Positions 38,858 to 49,076 of a stretch of DNA of 51,676 bases are shown here, in pieces. The notes under the pieces were generated by a model. That model worked only from the letters and a program-made list of their open reading frames with translations. It was not told the origin of the DNA and made no database searches. Made by a program: the position numbers and the translations under genes. Every line of letters begins with the position of its first letter. Position 1 is the stretch's first letter. Source of the DNA: Thermoplasmatales archaeon SW_10_69_26 (GTDB lineage: Archaea; Thermoplasmatota; SW-10-69-26); assembly GCA_003009755.1 (NCBI GenBank), contig PXUB01000019.1, positions 22,986-74,661 of the forward strand, in the 5' to 3' direction.

Positions 38858-39846
38858 CCTGCAACGGAATCGACCGGGGGGTGCAACAGATAACCGGGGG
38901 GTTTGCTACATCCGACGAATTTGACCTGGAAAATCCGGAGGGAGAAGGCTTCTGCTTAGGGCGTGAGGCGAAACGGCCCGACTTAGAGCGGGACCACTGG
39001 TGGGAGTACAAGAGCCACGATACAGCCAAAGGGTTCTGGAAGGACTGGCTGCGCGGTCGGTTGTCGGGCGGCAAGCGAGCCCGCTATGCTTCTAAACGGG
39101 AACTTTTCGACGGAGCCTACAAGGGAAGTCCAGAGCGGGCACTCTCGGATCTCCAAGACGCGGGGGAGGTCGATAAGACGAGTGAAGGATGGGCTCTCCT
39201 GCTTCGGGGAGGCGAGGAATGCGTATTCTGCCAGGAGAGTCTGGGGGATCATCTACGGTGTGACTCGGCCGATTGCACCTCGCCTGTCCAAAGATTGCCG
39301 TGTCCAAACTGTGACCATAGGTTCCCGATTGACCCCGTTCCACCCCACTCAGGCCCCTTCCAGTGCCCCTCAGGTCAGGCGGTCTACCGCTACCGGCTCC
39401 CAGAGACAGGTCGAGTCGAGAAGAATCTTGACTGCCCAGATCTAGAATGCGAGGGCACCCTTCGTCCGGAAGCCGGGCGGTTCCGATGTTCGGACTGCGG
39501 CAAGTCAGGCAAACCCGTATCAATCGCCTCCGGAACCCTACCGAAATGTCCGGCTTGCTTCACATTGGTCCGGATTCATGGAGACATCTACTGTCCCAGT
39601 TGTGGCCGAGACTTTCATCGGCTTCACGCGGAAGCTCGTGTCCAGTGGGACAGCGGGGGCGAGACCAAACTCTTCGAATATGATCCGTGGACCGCCAAGT
39701 CGACGGACGAGCTACGGGCTGAGGTCCAGGAAACGCTTGATGGGGCGGGGGTCGAAGAGGTTGGGGATGTGGATCTGAGGGTGACCCGATCGATTCGTCG
39801 TCAGAAGTTCTTCCTGCAGCCGGAGAAAATCTCGCCGCAGTTGTAG
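38851..39846 (+). CDS. Multi-zinc-ribbon protein with possible N-terminal wHTH
   Basis: CVFC, CDSADC, CPNC, CPDLEC, CSDC, CPAC, CPSC; divergent from primpol. Confidence 0.7.
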   Translation: MSTCNGIDRGVQQITGGFATSDEFDLENPEGEGFCLGREAKRPDLERDHWWEYKSHDTAKGFWKDWLRGRLSGGKRARYASKRELFDGAYKGSPERALSDLQDAGEVDKTSEGWALLLRGGEECVFCQESLGDHLRCDSADCTSPVQRLPCPNCDHRFPIDPVPPHSGPFQCPSGQAVYRYRLPETGRVEKNLDCPDLECEGTLRPEAGRFRCSDCGKSGKPVSIASGTLPKCPACFTLVRIHGDIYCPSCGRDFHRLHAEARVQWDSGGETKLFEYDPWTAKSTDELRAEVQETLDGAGVEEVGDVDLRVTRSIRRQKFFLQPEKISPQL

Positions 39847-39974
39847 TTGGAGGAGACGCGTCGGAGTTCCCGGCCTCTCCAATGGCCGACCCATGGTCGA
39901 CATAGCCAAGTAGGCTTAGGAGGCTGGGCACGGATATCTGGGCTCCTGGTTGAGCGCTACGGTTGGGGAAATGC

Positions 39975-42819
39975 ATGGCTGATGACAGAATAGATCAGTA
40001 CCGCCACGAGGACAAGCAGAGGAAAAACAACCCCCCGGTGGGTCTCGTTTCTCCCGAAACCGACCAAGATGGGGGACCGACCCGCTACGAGTTCGACCCA
40101 CACCTTGACCCCCAACTGATCTGGAGCGGTAAGAAGAGAACCGAGGACCTGGAAATCCCGACCGTCTCGCTGCACACGCATGAACGAATCGATCCGCAGA
40201 CGATTCTCGAGAAGGTCCGGAAGGAGCCACAGGGACCCCAGCAGATCTCACTCTTCGAAAGCGTCGAGGAAGACCTCCCTCTCCGACAGGCGATTGATTT
40301 CTACGAACACGAGCACGGGTGGTCTAACCGGCTAATCGCCGGAGATTCACTGTTAGTCATGAACTCCCTTCTCCAAAAGGAGGGACTGGCCGACAGCATC
40401 CAAATGGTCTACTTCGATCCACCTTACGGGATTGATTACGGTTCCAACTTCCAGCCATTCGTAGGGGATAGAAGCGTCCCTCACGAGGATGACGAGTACC
40501 TGACGAGGGAGCCTGAGATGGTCCAGGCGTACCGAGACACCTGGGAACTGGGAATCCATTCTTATTTGACCTATCTAAGAGAGAGATTGCGGCTCGTTCG
40601 GGAACTTCTGCCGGAATCAGGTGGGATATTCTTCCAGATCGGGGTCGAGAACATGCATTTCGTCCGCTGCATTCTTGACGAAATTTTCGGCCCCGAGAAC
40701 CATATGGCAACCATCATCATAATGAAACAACAAAGATCCAAGAAGGAAACATTCGACCAGGAAAACGACTTTATACTCTGGTACGCCAAGGACAAGGAGG
40801 AGGCTAAGTTCCGTCCCCTCTATAGAGAAAAGGACGAAGAGCAGATCGAGCAGCAATTCACGAAGATTGAGCTTCCCGATAGGTCAGTGGTCAGCAGAAA
40901 GAAATACCTCAAAGAACACGACAAGATACCCGAGGGCGCACGGCTATTCCATCCTCAAAGCATCTTCTCGCGTAGTGGCTCCGAGAGCACTAGCCAGCCC
41001 TACGAATGGGAGGGAGAGACTTACGAGCCTTCGAGCGGCTACTATTGGTCCACCAACCAGGAGGGCCTAGAGCGCCTTGATGAGCAGGATCGTCTGTTCG
41101 TGTCTAAGAGAGGGAGTACCCTTCGACGGAAGGTCTACCTTGATGAGCGTAGATACGAGCGCCTAACCAACGTCTGGGAAGATTCCGCACCTGGAGGTTT
41201 CAATTCAGAACGTATCTATGTTGTCCAGACCGCTTCGAAAGTGGTGGAGCGCTGCATCAACGCGGCGACGGAGCCTGGGGACATAGTATTCGATCCGACG
41301 TGCGGTTCGGGAACGACCGCCTTTGCGGCCGAGAGGCTTGGTCGGAGGTGGATCACCTGTGATACCTCCAGGGTTGCGGTGAACCTTGCGAAGCAGAGAC
41401 TCCTGACTGCCACTTATGGCTACTACAAGCTTGCAAATCCCAAGAAGGGGGTGACGGGAGATTTCGAATATGAGATCTATGAAGAGCTAAACCTCCGCCA
41501 CCTCACGACCGATGAGGAGCCGGAAGGCCAACCCCTCTATGACAAGCCGATTGAGGACAAATCAAAAGGTGCTGACCGTTGGCTCTCAATAGAGGCTGCC
41601 TTCCCCCTCTGGTCGAACTGACGCGATATGAAGCCAGCCAACGCCCGAGCTAGAGGAACTGAAACTCAGTCTCGGAGACCAAGGGGTCCCTTCAGGCCAC
41701 GAGTTCTGACGGGAGTAGCATTGGGGGTGCAGAGGACGAAAAGGACCCTTGTCGTCCGTGACCGGACGGTCGAGCTGCCGATCGGCGGCACCGAGCGCCC
41801 TCCTCGTTCTCGGTCAACCCGCCTCTCCCGGTTGGCTTGATAGGGTAGATGGGCGGGTCACGGCCCGTTGGCCGCACGAAGCCCGATTGAAAGGCCGCGT
41901 TCAGCACCAATCAAAAAGGCGTATCTCTGGGCCCTTCACCGTGGAGGCAGTACCTTCTCCTCTCGTGAAATCCATCGATGAAATCGGAGGGAAGGAAAAC
42001 CGGACAGTCCCCGTGAGTCACACGGAGGCTGAAAGGCAGTCCGAATGGCGTGACCAACTCTTGGCATCGGGTGTGAAAGGTCCGAATGGCCAGGAGATCT
42101 CCTTCTCGCACATCGAACCCGTCGGAGGGACGGACTACGTTCATGCCCGCGCTGAAACAGACGAGGAAGAGCCTAGGCAGGTCGTCGTTTCATTTGGGCC
42201 CCGCCACGCAGCCCTTGAACCCCGACAAGTGGAGCTAGCATGGCAAGAAGCTCGGCAGCTAAATCCTTCACCGGACATGATCGTTTTCGCCGCCTTCCAG
42301 TTCGATCCCGAGGCTGCGAAGGATATCGACGAGCTAACGTCAGAAAAGGCGGGTATGACGTTCCTAAAGGTCCAGATGGACACGGACCTGCTAACCGATG
42401 ATCTCAAGACTGGCGATTCGGGGGGAGAGAGTTTCTGGTTGATTGGCCAGCCTGACGTTGAGCTGTCAAAGAATGAGGAAGGCTCTTACAAGGTTCGCGT
42501 CAAGGGGTTCGATTACTATAACCCGGCAACGGGGGAGATCGAGTCGGGAGGTACGAAGAAGATCGCGATGTGGATGCTTGACCCCGATTATGACGGACGG
42601 AGCCTCTATCCGAGACAGGTTTTCTTCCCGATCCAGTCAAAGAACTTCGGATGGCAAAACTTAGAGAAATCACTGGATGAGGAAGTCGACCCTGAACGAA
42701 TCGAGGCGTACTCTGGAACAGAGTCGCTTGAATTCGAGGAGGGAGAGCACCAGCGGGCAGCGATCAAAATCGTGGATGACCGGGGCGTTGAAAGCCTCAA
42801 GATTTTGGACCTCGATTGA
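39975..42819 (+). pseudogene. mod: Type III R-M modification methyltransferase (Mod), interrupted by a MITE
   Basis: NRLIAGDSL, FDPPYG, FDPTCGSGTT; removing 41568-41916 rejoins EDKSK|RRISGPFTVEAVP in frame (831 aa); C-terminus AIKIVDDRGVESLK. Confidence 0.9.
41568..41908. mobile_element. 341-bp non-autonomous transposon (MITE)
   Basis: Terminal inverted repeats GGTGCTGACCGTTGGCTCTCAAT / GGTGCTGAACGCGGCCTTTCAAT (18/23); 8-bp target duplication AATCAAAA at 41560-41567 and 41909-41916; no transposase. Confidence 0.92.
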
Positions 42820-42820
42820 T

Positions 42821-45577
42821 ATGCCTCAGGACGAGATCAAGAACCTAATCATCAATTCTCCATACGAGGAGCCAGACGGACATTGGCACTATCTAAGGGA
42901 GACGAAGCAGTTCGAGAGGAGAGAGGGACGGCGACCTGCGGGTTATCATTACCGTGCTGGGTCAGAATCCTCGGAGGACCCGGGCGATTTCATTCCATTA
43001 GATACGGTGAACGAGCTGCGAGACAAGGTCCGAGACTGGAGGCAACGAGGATATCCCGGATCAACAGCAGTCACCCGCGAGTTGCTTGAGCACTGGCACG
43101 ATGAAAGCCGGAGACCCAATCCGTTCTTCTTCTGTCAGATAGAAGCCATAGAGACTCTAATCTGGCTACGTGAGGCTCCTGAGGCTGAGAGGGAGAGCGT
43201 TCAGGTGCCAGGCGGACCGGGCAACTTCATCCGCAGATGCTGTAAGATGGCCACAGGAAGCGGGAAGACCGTGGTTATGGCGTTGCTAATCGCCTGGCAA
43301 GCTCTCAACAGCGCAAACCATCCCGACGATCCCCGCTATTCGAAGAACGCCTTGATCATCGCCCCGAATCTTACGATCAAGGAGCAATTGAAGCAACTAA
43401 AGCCGTCGGCCGACGAGAGCGTCTACAAGGAATTCCGAATCATCCCCAAGAGCCTGAAAAAACAATTCTATCAGGCCCGCGTGCTTGTCCAGAACTGGCA
43501 CCAGCTAAACCCTGAACCTCCTTCCCCTGAGGCGAAGGTCGTGAAGGTCAATGAATATCCGGAAAGCGGGGAAGCCTTTGCGCGTAGAGTCTTAGGGTCT
43601 CTTGACCGCGCGGACGATTTGATTGTTATCAATGACGAGGCTCACCACGCTTGGCGGCCGGAAGGAGAGGACACCTCCCAGCAGGATGAAGAGGCGACGA
43701 TTTGGATCCAGGCCCTAGACCGGATTGCCTCGTCAATGGGCTTGAAGACCTGCTACGACTTCAGCGCCACCCCCTATCCGGCCAGCAAGGCGTCCGGCGA
43801 CGTTGAGCTCTTCGACTGGATTGTCTCTGATTTCAACCTCAATGACGCCATCGAGGCTGGACTCGTGAAGACGCCCCGAGTGGTCGTGCGGGACGATTTG
43901 GTCCCGGACGCTGACACCTACAAGTCGAAGCTATTCAACCTGTATAACCAGCCAGAGGTTAAAGACGACCTAGGAAGACGTGCCGACCCGGACGAGCCTC
44001 TTCCAGAGCTCGTCCGGAACGCCTACTACCTATTAGGGTTGGATTGGCAGGAAAAGAAGCAAGCCTGGGAGGAGGCCGGATATCCGACACCGCCTGTGAT
44101 GATTACTGTAGCGAACTTAACGAACACTGCAGCCAGAATCTACAACGAGTTCGTGCAAGGGAAAATCCAGATCGAAGAGCTCGGGGACGAGGAACGGGTA
44201 CTACACGTCGATTCCAGAGTCCTGGACGAAGCTGTCGAGGAGAACGATCCCCGTCAGCTACGAGCTCTCCCGACCGAGAGTGAGGCCCTCGAAAACCTCT
44301 CAGAGGATATGACTCGAAAGGAGAAAGCCGAGCTGCTCCGAGAGCTCGTCAACACTATCGGTGAGCCCGATGGCCTCGGAGGTCATATCCATAACGTCAT
44401 CTCTGTCGGGATGTTGTCAGAGGGTTGGGACACGAACACTGTTACTCACATCATGGGCCTCCGTGCGTTCAGTAGCCAGCTCCTATGTGAGCAGGTCGTG
44501 GGCCGTGGACTGCGGAGGCGCTCCTACGAAGTCGATCCCGAAACGGGGCTGATGACGCCCGAATATGTGAATGTCTTCGGAATCCCCTTCACGTTCCTCC
44601 CTCACGAGACACACGAGGGGTCCGCTCCGGTTGAGGAGGAGCCAAAAACTGAGATCCGGCCGGTCCCGGAGAAGGTCGACCGAGAGCTGAGCTGGCCAAA
44701 CGTAACGAGGGTCGAGCGACAGCTTCAGCCGAATCTAGAATTGGATATGGAAGAGATCGGCGAGCTCACCCTGGATGCCACCGAGATACCGAAGGTTGCC
44801 GAGCTTGCGCCGATGTTGGAGGGAAGACCCCACGAGCTGAATCAAGCGAAGATCGAGTTGAAGGAGCTCGGAGCCAAGAAGAGGCTCCAACGGCTCATAT
44901 TCGAGACGTCTAGAGAGGTCTATGAGAGGGTTGACCCGAACTGGAAAGGGAGTAAGGAAGCTCTCCTCGCTCAGATGATCTCCTTCGTCGAGGACTTCAT
45001 CACCTCAGAGCGTCTTGGCGTCAAGCCGGAGGCCTTGGGTAAAGATCCCGAGCTCCGCCGCGCTATCATCACCCTCCAAATCCGGACGGTCGTGGATCAT
45101 CTCTGGCAGGGGATCAAAGAGGCTCATACCGAGGAGTTGATTCCAGTCGTCGACCAAGATGATCCCGTCTCCTCCACCGGGGATATGGACCCGTGGTATA
45201 CGACGAAACCCACTGGAGAAGCGGAGAAGAGCCATATCAACCGGTGTGTCCTGGATAGCGGATGGGAGATGGAACCGGCCTTCATCCTCGATAACGAGGA
45301 TGACGTGCGTGCCTGGGTGAAGATCGACCACCTGGGGTTTGAGATTCCCTATACGTTTGAGGGCGCATTCCACCACTATCGACCTGATTTCCTCATAGAA
45401 CTGGCAGACGGGCGGAAGCTAATCTTGGAGGTTAAGGGCCAGAAAACGGACAAGGATGAAGCGAAGTGGGAGGCTGCACGGGAATGGGTCGAAGCCGTCA
45501 GTTCATCCGATGAGTTCGGGCAATGGGATTTCGTGGTGGCTTCTGAGCCTGGTGAGATTCACAATATCCTCATATAA
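42821..45577 (+). CDS. res: Type III restriction endonuclease Res subunit (SF2 helicase + PD-(D/E)xK nuclease)
   Basis: IINSPYEEP, FFCQIEAIET, KMATGSGKT, NDEAHH, SATP, EGWD, QVVGRGLRR, YRPDFLI...LEVKG. Confidence 0.93.
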   Translation: MPQDEIKNLIINSPYEEPDGHWHYLRETKQFERREGRRPAGYHYRAGSESSEDPGDFIPLDTVNELRDKVRDWRQRGYPGSTAVTRELLEHWHDESRRPNPFFFCQIEAIETLIWLREAPEAERESVQVPGGPGNFIRRCCKMATGSGKTVVMALLIAWQALNSANHPDDPRYSKNALIIAPNLTIKEQLKQLKPSADESVYKEFRIIPKSLKKQFYQARVLVQNWHQLNPEPPSPEAKVVKVNEYPESGEAFARRVLGSLDRADDLIVINDEAHHAWRPEGEDTSQQDEEATIWIQALDRIASSMGLKTCYDFSATPYPASKASGDVELFDWIVSDFNLNDAIEAGLVKTPRVVVRDDLVPDADTYKSKLFNLYNQPEVKDDLGRRADPDEPLPELVRNAYYLLGLDWQEKKQAWEEAGYPTPPVMITVANLTNTAARIYNEFVQGKIQIEELGDEERVLHVDSRVLDEAVEENDPRQLRALPTESEALENLSEDMTRKEKAELLRELVNTIGEPDGLGGHIHNVISVGMLSEGWDTNTVTHIMGLRAFSSQLLCEQVVGRGLRRRSYEVDPETGLMTPEYVNVFGIPFTFLPHETHEGSAPVEEEPKTEIRPVPEKVDRELSWPNVTRVERQLQPNLELDMEEIGELTLDATEIPKVAELAPMLEGRPHELNQAKIELKELGAKKRLQRLIFETSREVYERVDPNWKGSKEALLAQMISFVEDFITSERLGVKPEALGKDPELRRAIITLQIRTVVDHLWQGIKEAHTEELIPVVDQDDPVSSTGDMDPWYTTKPTGEAEKSHINRCVLDSGWEMEPAFILDNEDDVRAWVKIDHLGFEIPYTFEGAFHHYRPDFLIELADGRKLILEVKGQKTDKDEAKWEAAREWVEAVSSSDEFGQWDFVVASEPGEIHNILI

Positions 45578-45671
45578 GGAGCAGGTTTATATGCAAGATG
45601 GTTAGCCACGGGAGCTCTAGTTTTGAGTTCGTCGCTGTTCCTCTCCCCCGTTGGAGTGACTCTTGATCAAT

Positions 45672-45881
45672 CTATAGGCGCCGGTACCGGTAGATTCCTT
45701 TCACGTTCTGGTGGAGGAATTCTCCGTGGGATTCAGCCCTCATCAGGCCCTCATAGACGTGCTTAGGGACATCAAAGTACTGGTAGATAGACCCGTCATT
45801 AAATTCAACCTCAAGCGTCATTTGATCGGCATCATAACCTACCGAATCGATATTGCTGGACTGGACACTATCCCGCTTCAT
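45672..45881 (-). CDS. KTSC domain protein
   Basis: VQSSNIDSVGYD...LEVEFNDGSIYQYFDVP..VYEGLMRAESHGEFLHQNVKG.Y; start overlaps the herA stop. Confidence 0.9.
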   Translation of the reverse strand: MKRDSVQSSNIDSVGYDADQMTLEVEFNDGSIYQYFDVPKHVYEGLMRAESHGEFLHQNVKGIYRYRRL

Positions 45882-47733
45882 CGTCTCCTCCAATCTCCTG
45901 AGAGGACCCCCGGCCCCTCCACTTTACGAGGACGCGCTCGTAGTCTTCGTCCTCCAAATCGGAATTCCATCCTGAAGTCGCTTTCTCGTTAACGACCAGC
46001 GGATCATCGCTAGTTGGACGCCGATTTTCGGCGGATTGGTGTATTTTGGCACGCATTGGAATCTGAACGATCTCTCCGAGAACAATCGCCTCTCCAACCC
46101 GAAGCGTTGGGAGGAGTTCAACAAGTTGTGAGAGGCTGTCGGTTGCTCGGGATTTAATCTCCCCGACATCCCCGCCTTTCATACGCATTGCAATGACCGA
46201 TCCGCATTGTGAGAGCATGTCGGAATCAATATCCTCAGGTCGTTGGCTCACGAGCAGGACCCCTAGACCATATTTTCGGCCTTCTCGGACCAACCTGGAC
46301 GCTGCCATGGATGCAGGGGACCCCTTCCCCACTCCCAGGTAACGGTGTGCCTCTTCTAGCACGACAGTTAAGGGTCGCTCTCTCCCGCCCTCGGGGAGTT
46401 CCTGCGACCAATAGAGTGCATCGAAGATTAGGTTCAAGACAGCCCCTACGACAGTATCGAGGACCTCGTCGGGAACGTCGGACAGATCCAGAACCGAGAC
46501 CTTCTGTGGCCCACCGAGCCACTGCTCCAACAATGTATCCAAGTCCTCCTCCACCTCACCTTCGGAATCCGGCCCCCAGGGGCCTGGGCGGAACAGGAAC
46601 TCGTATCTCGGATCGCGAAGCTTTCCCGCAAGGGAGTCCACATTCTGGCTGAGGTTCACGCTTGTCTTCGCCAGATATGGACCTTCGCCTCGTGGAGTTG
46701 CGGTGTGAGGTTTGTACTCGGGGGGTTCCACATCCATTGGATCACCTTCAAGCGGATTTCCATGTTGATCCTCTTTGATGGCCTCTGTCTCCCTGGTTTG
46801 GCCCCCAGCAACCGTGTGAGTCGCGTACACGTCTCGATGAAGCTGGTACCAAAGGTCGTGGACACTGAAGGGGACAGCTGAATCAACCGTCAAGGTCGAT
46901 TCATCTATCCCGGCTAAGTCCTGGTTGTTGACGCTATCTTCCTTGAATTGGGCGACGTACTCTCGGACAAATTGGCGCTCTGCCCCCTCCAGATCGCCTA
47001 ACGTTACGTTGAGAAACCGCTCAAACTCCATCGCCCAATATGGAACGTAGAGGGGTTTTGCGTCTTGCTGGCTCTCGTGGCTGATCGAGAAGGTTTCAGC
47101 ACCCTCGATATCCAGGTCTGTATATTCTCCGTGGATATCTATTATAATGACGCGGGAGGAGAGGAACCTCTCATCGCAGGCGATTGACTCAGTAATTCTT
47201 GAGACTGTTGTCGACTTCCCGGATCCTGTGGCCCCTAGTACCGCACAATGGCGTGAGACGAGTTTGTTCAAGTTGATGTAGGCAGGAGTTTCCGGAGAGC
47301 CAGAAAGGTGGCCAATCTCAATCTCATCTTCGTTTCCGCTTGATGAATAGATTTTTGCGAGGTCATCTCTGGTAACGAGATAGGCTTCGTCACCGATTGT
47401 AGGATACTCGGAGACCCCTCTGGAGAACCCTGTGGGCCCCCTCTTCTCACCCAGTAGTTCGATAGACATCCACCGCTCACCGTATTCCTCGGCGTCCACG
47501 TTTTTAGGTGCAGATCCGGCCCCCACGCTGACGACAACTCCAAACAGCTCGTTGAAACCGAGGGGGATCTTTACGAAGCTCCCTGGTTGGCCCAGACGAT
47601 ATCCCCGCCCTTCGACGAACTTGAGTCCACCAGTTACGCTAGGATCTATCCGGATCCGGACTGTTGAGCCCTCAACATCGACGATAGGGCCAATATAGGT
47701 AGGATCGTCAGTTGTCACCCTGTTGACCCCCAT
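45868..47733 (-). CDS. herA: HerA-like ATPase (HAS barrel + DUF87)
   Basis: GQPGSFVKI, RGVSEYPTIGD, RHCAVLGATGSGKS (Walker A), IDIHGEY, VLEEAHRY (Walker B), REGRKYG, SQRP. Confidence 0.92.
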   Translation of the reverse strand: MGVNRVTTDDPTYIGPIVDVEGSTVRIRIDPSVTGGLKFVEGRGYRLGQPGSFVKIPLGFNELFGVVVSVGAGSAPKNVDAEEYGERWMSIELLGEKRGPTGFSRGVSEYPTIGDEAYLVTRDDLAKIYSSSGNEDEIEIGHLSGSPETPAYINLNKLVSRHCAVLGATGSGKSTTVSRITESIACDERFLSSRVIIIDIHGEYTDLDIEGAETFSISHESQQDAKPLYVPYWAMEFERFLNVTLGDLEGAERQFVREYVAQFKEDSVNNQDLAGIDESTLTVDSAVPFSVHDLWYQLHRDVYATHTVAGGQTRETEAIKEDQHGNPLEGDPMDVEPPEYKPHTATPRGEGPYLAKTSVNLSQNVDSLAGKLRDPRYEFLFRPGPWGPDSEGEVEEDLDTLLEQWLGGPQKVSVLDLSDVPDEVLDTVVGAVLNLIFDALYWSQELPEGGRERPLTVVLEEAHRYLGVGKGSPASMAASRLVREGRKYGLGVLLVSQRPEDIDSDMLSQCGSVIAMRMKGGDVGEIKSRATDSLSQLVELLPTLRVGEAIVLGEIVQIPMRAKIHQSAENRRPTSDDPLVVNEKATSGWNSDLEDEDYERVLVKWRGRGSSQEIGGDDEAG

Positions 47734-48883
47734 TATTCGCTATATCGGAAAGGAATCCCCCCAGCTTCTCAAAGTCGCCAAGCGTACAGGTCGGGCCATC
47801 ATCCGGGCTGGCACCTATTCGGATTTCTAAATCGCCATTTTCAGTGTCATCCCATGCTTCGACTTGGCTTCCGAATACGCCGTGTTCCGGTGCAAGGAGA
47901 TTGAAGTTGCTAACATCCGTGGCTAGGTTCTTTGCCCCTGGGTATTCATCCAGGCTGTTGAACAACAGGCCAAATGCATTGGCGTTCTCATTATTCTGAA
48001 GGGCCCTCCGTAGTAGCGAGTTAATATGTTCATCTCCAAATGAGTACCCACAGATTACGAGGATAGCTCCCTTCGCCCTCAGAAAGGATTCCAGTCGATC
48101 GAACATGACCTGGTAGGGTTGTCGTTTACTCTGGTCGTATTTCCTCTCTGACGGGTGAATGACGCCGCTATTCTGGTGGTTAACAGATGTTCTGTAAATT
48201 TCTCCATCAATCTCAGCCCAATTGATAGAGCCGTGGAGCTTCCACAGGCGAGCCCAGTTTGTCGGAAGTGCGTTAAAATCTAGCGAGGTATCATCCAGGA
48301 AAGCCTGTTCCGTTCCCGTGAATCCGGTAAAATAGGGCACCCGTTCGTCTTCTAGGGCCTCCTCTATGAGTAAATCATAGTTCGTCGTGAAGATGGAGGC
48401 TGGATAGGTCCTTCTGGCATCACGCACCCATGCGGCGAGGTCATGATAGGGTGTTTGTTGGTCTGGGAACTCGGCGGCATCAAGTTCCTCAGTAATTTCA
48501 CTAGAGAGAAGGCGCTCAAGAGCAGACAAGTCATCGTGGGAAATGGCCTCTAGGGCAGATCCGGGCGGGAGACTCTGGAGGAGTCGAAGGGTTTCGAGCA
48601 GCTCCTCAAGGTCAGGATTTCCAGCCTCAGCTTCATCTTCTGAGATGACCCCCTCACCCCAATCAAGGAGCTCTAAAACAGCTGTGAGGGCTGGTTCAAG
48701 CTCGGGGACATCCTGGATGGTGTTTATCGCCCCCCGGGTGAGATCCGGAGTAGGGGGGATAACTGGCTCACCATCTTGACGAACGGCCTGTGGACATCCA
48801 GCCCCCAGGAGGAACCCTAACGGGCGGTCCTTTTCCGAAAGAACATCTCTCAGATTATCCAACTTCGTTCCGAGACGGTGCAA
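47708..48883 (-). CDS. SIR2-like (SIR2_2) NADase effector
   Basis: FLLGAGC, FTTNYDLLIEEAL, LWKLHGSINW, IHPSERKY, GYSFGDEHIN; overlaps the herA start. Confidence 0.92.
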   Translation of the reverse strand: MHRLGTKLDNLRDVLSEKDRPLGFLLGAGCPQAVRQDGEPVIPPTPDLTRGAINTIQDVPELEPALTAVLELLDWGEGVISEDEAEAGNPDLEELLETLRLLQSLPPGSALEAISHDDLSALERLLSSEITEELDAAEFPDQQTPYHDLAAWVRDARRTYPASIFTTNYDLLIEEALEDERVPYFTGFTGTEQAFLDDTSLDFNALPTNWARLWKLHGSINWAEIDGEIYRTSVNHQNSGVIHPSERKYDQSKRQPYQVMFDRLESFLRAKGAILVICGYSFGDEHINSLLRRALQNNENANAFGLLFNSLDEYPGAKNLATDVSNFNLLAPEHGVFGSQVEAWDDTENGDLEIRIGASPDDGPTCTLGDFEKLGGFLSDIANNGGQQGDN

Positions 48884-48984
48884 CCCTGGTACTCCCCAAG
48901 GAAGTCAAGAACAGGCCGCTACATATCATTGACGGCGTCAACAGCCGTGGCGAACCCTCCGGTTCCACGTGGCCACCGGCCGGC

Positions 48985-49021
48985 TGGGCAAAACCGCGCC
49001 AGGCATGGGCAAAACCGCGCC
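48985..49021 (+). repeat. Two perfect 16-bp direct repeats with 21-bp period
   Basis: TGGGCAAAACCGCGCC at 48985-49000 and 49006-49021. Confidence 0.85.
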
Positions 49022-49076
49022 GTCACCGCAGGACCCATGGCCTTGACCTCTGCCCGCTCGCCGCTCAGTCGCCATC

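Noticed and set aside
41568-41908. Self-splicing intron or intein in mod
   Set aside because: TIRs plus an 8-bp target duplication indicate transposition; it introduces a stop and shifts frame; no intein motifs
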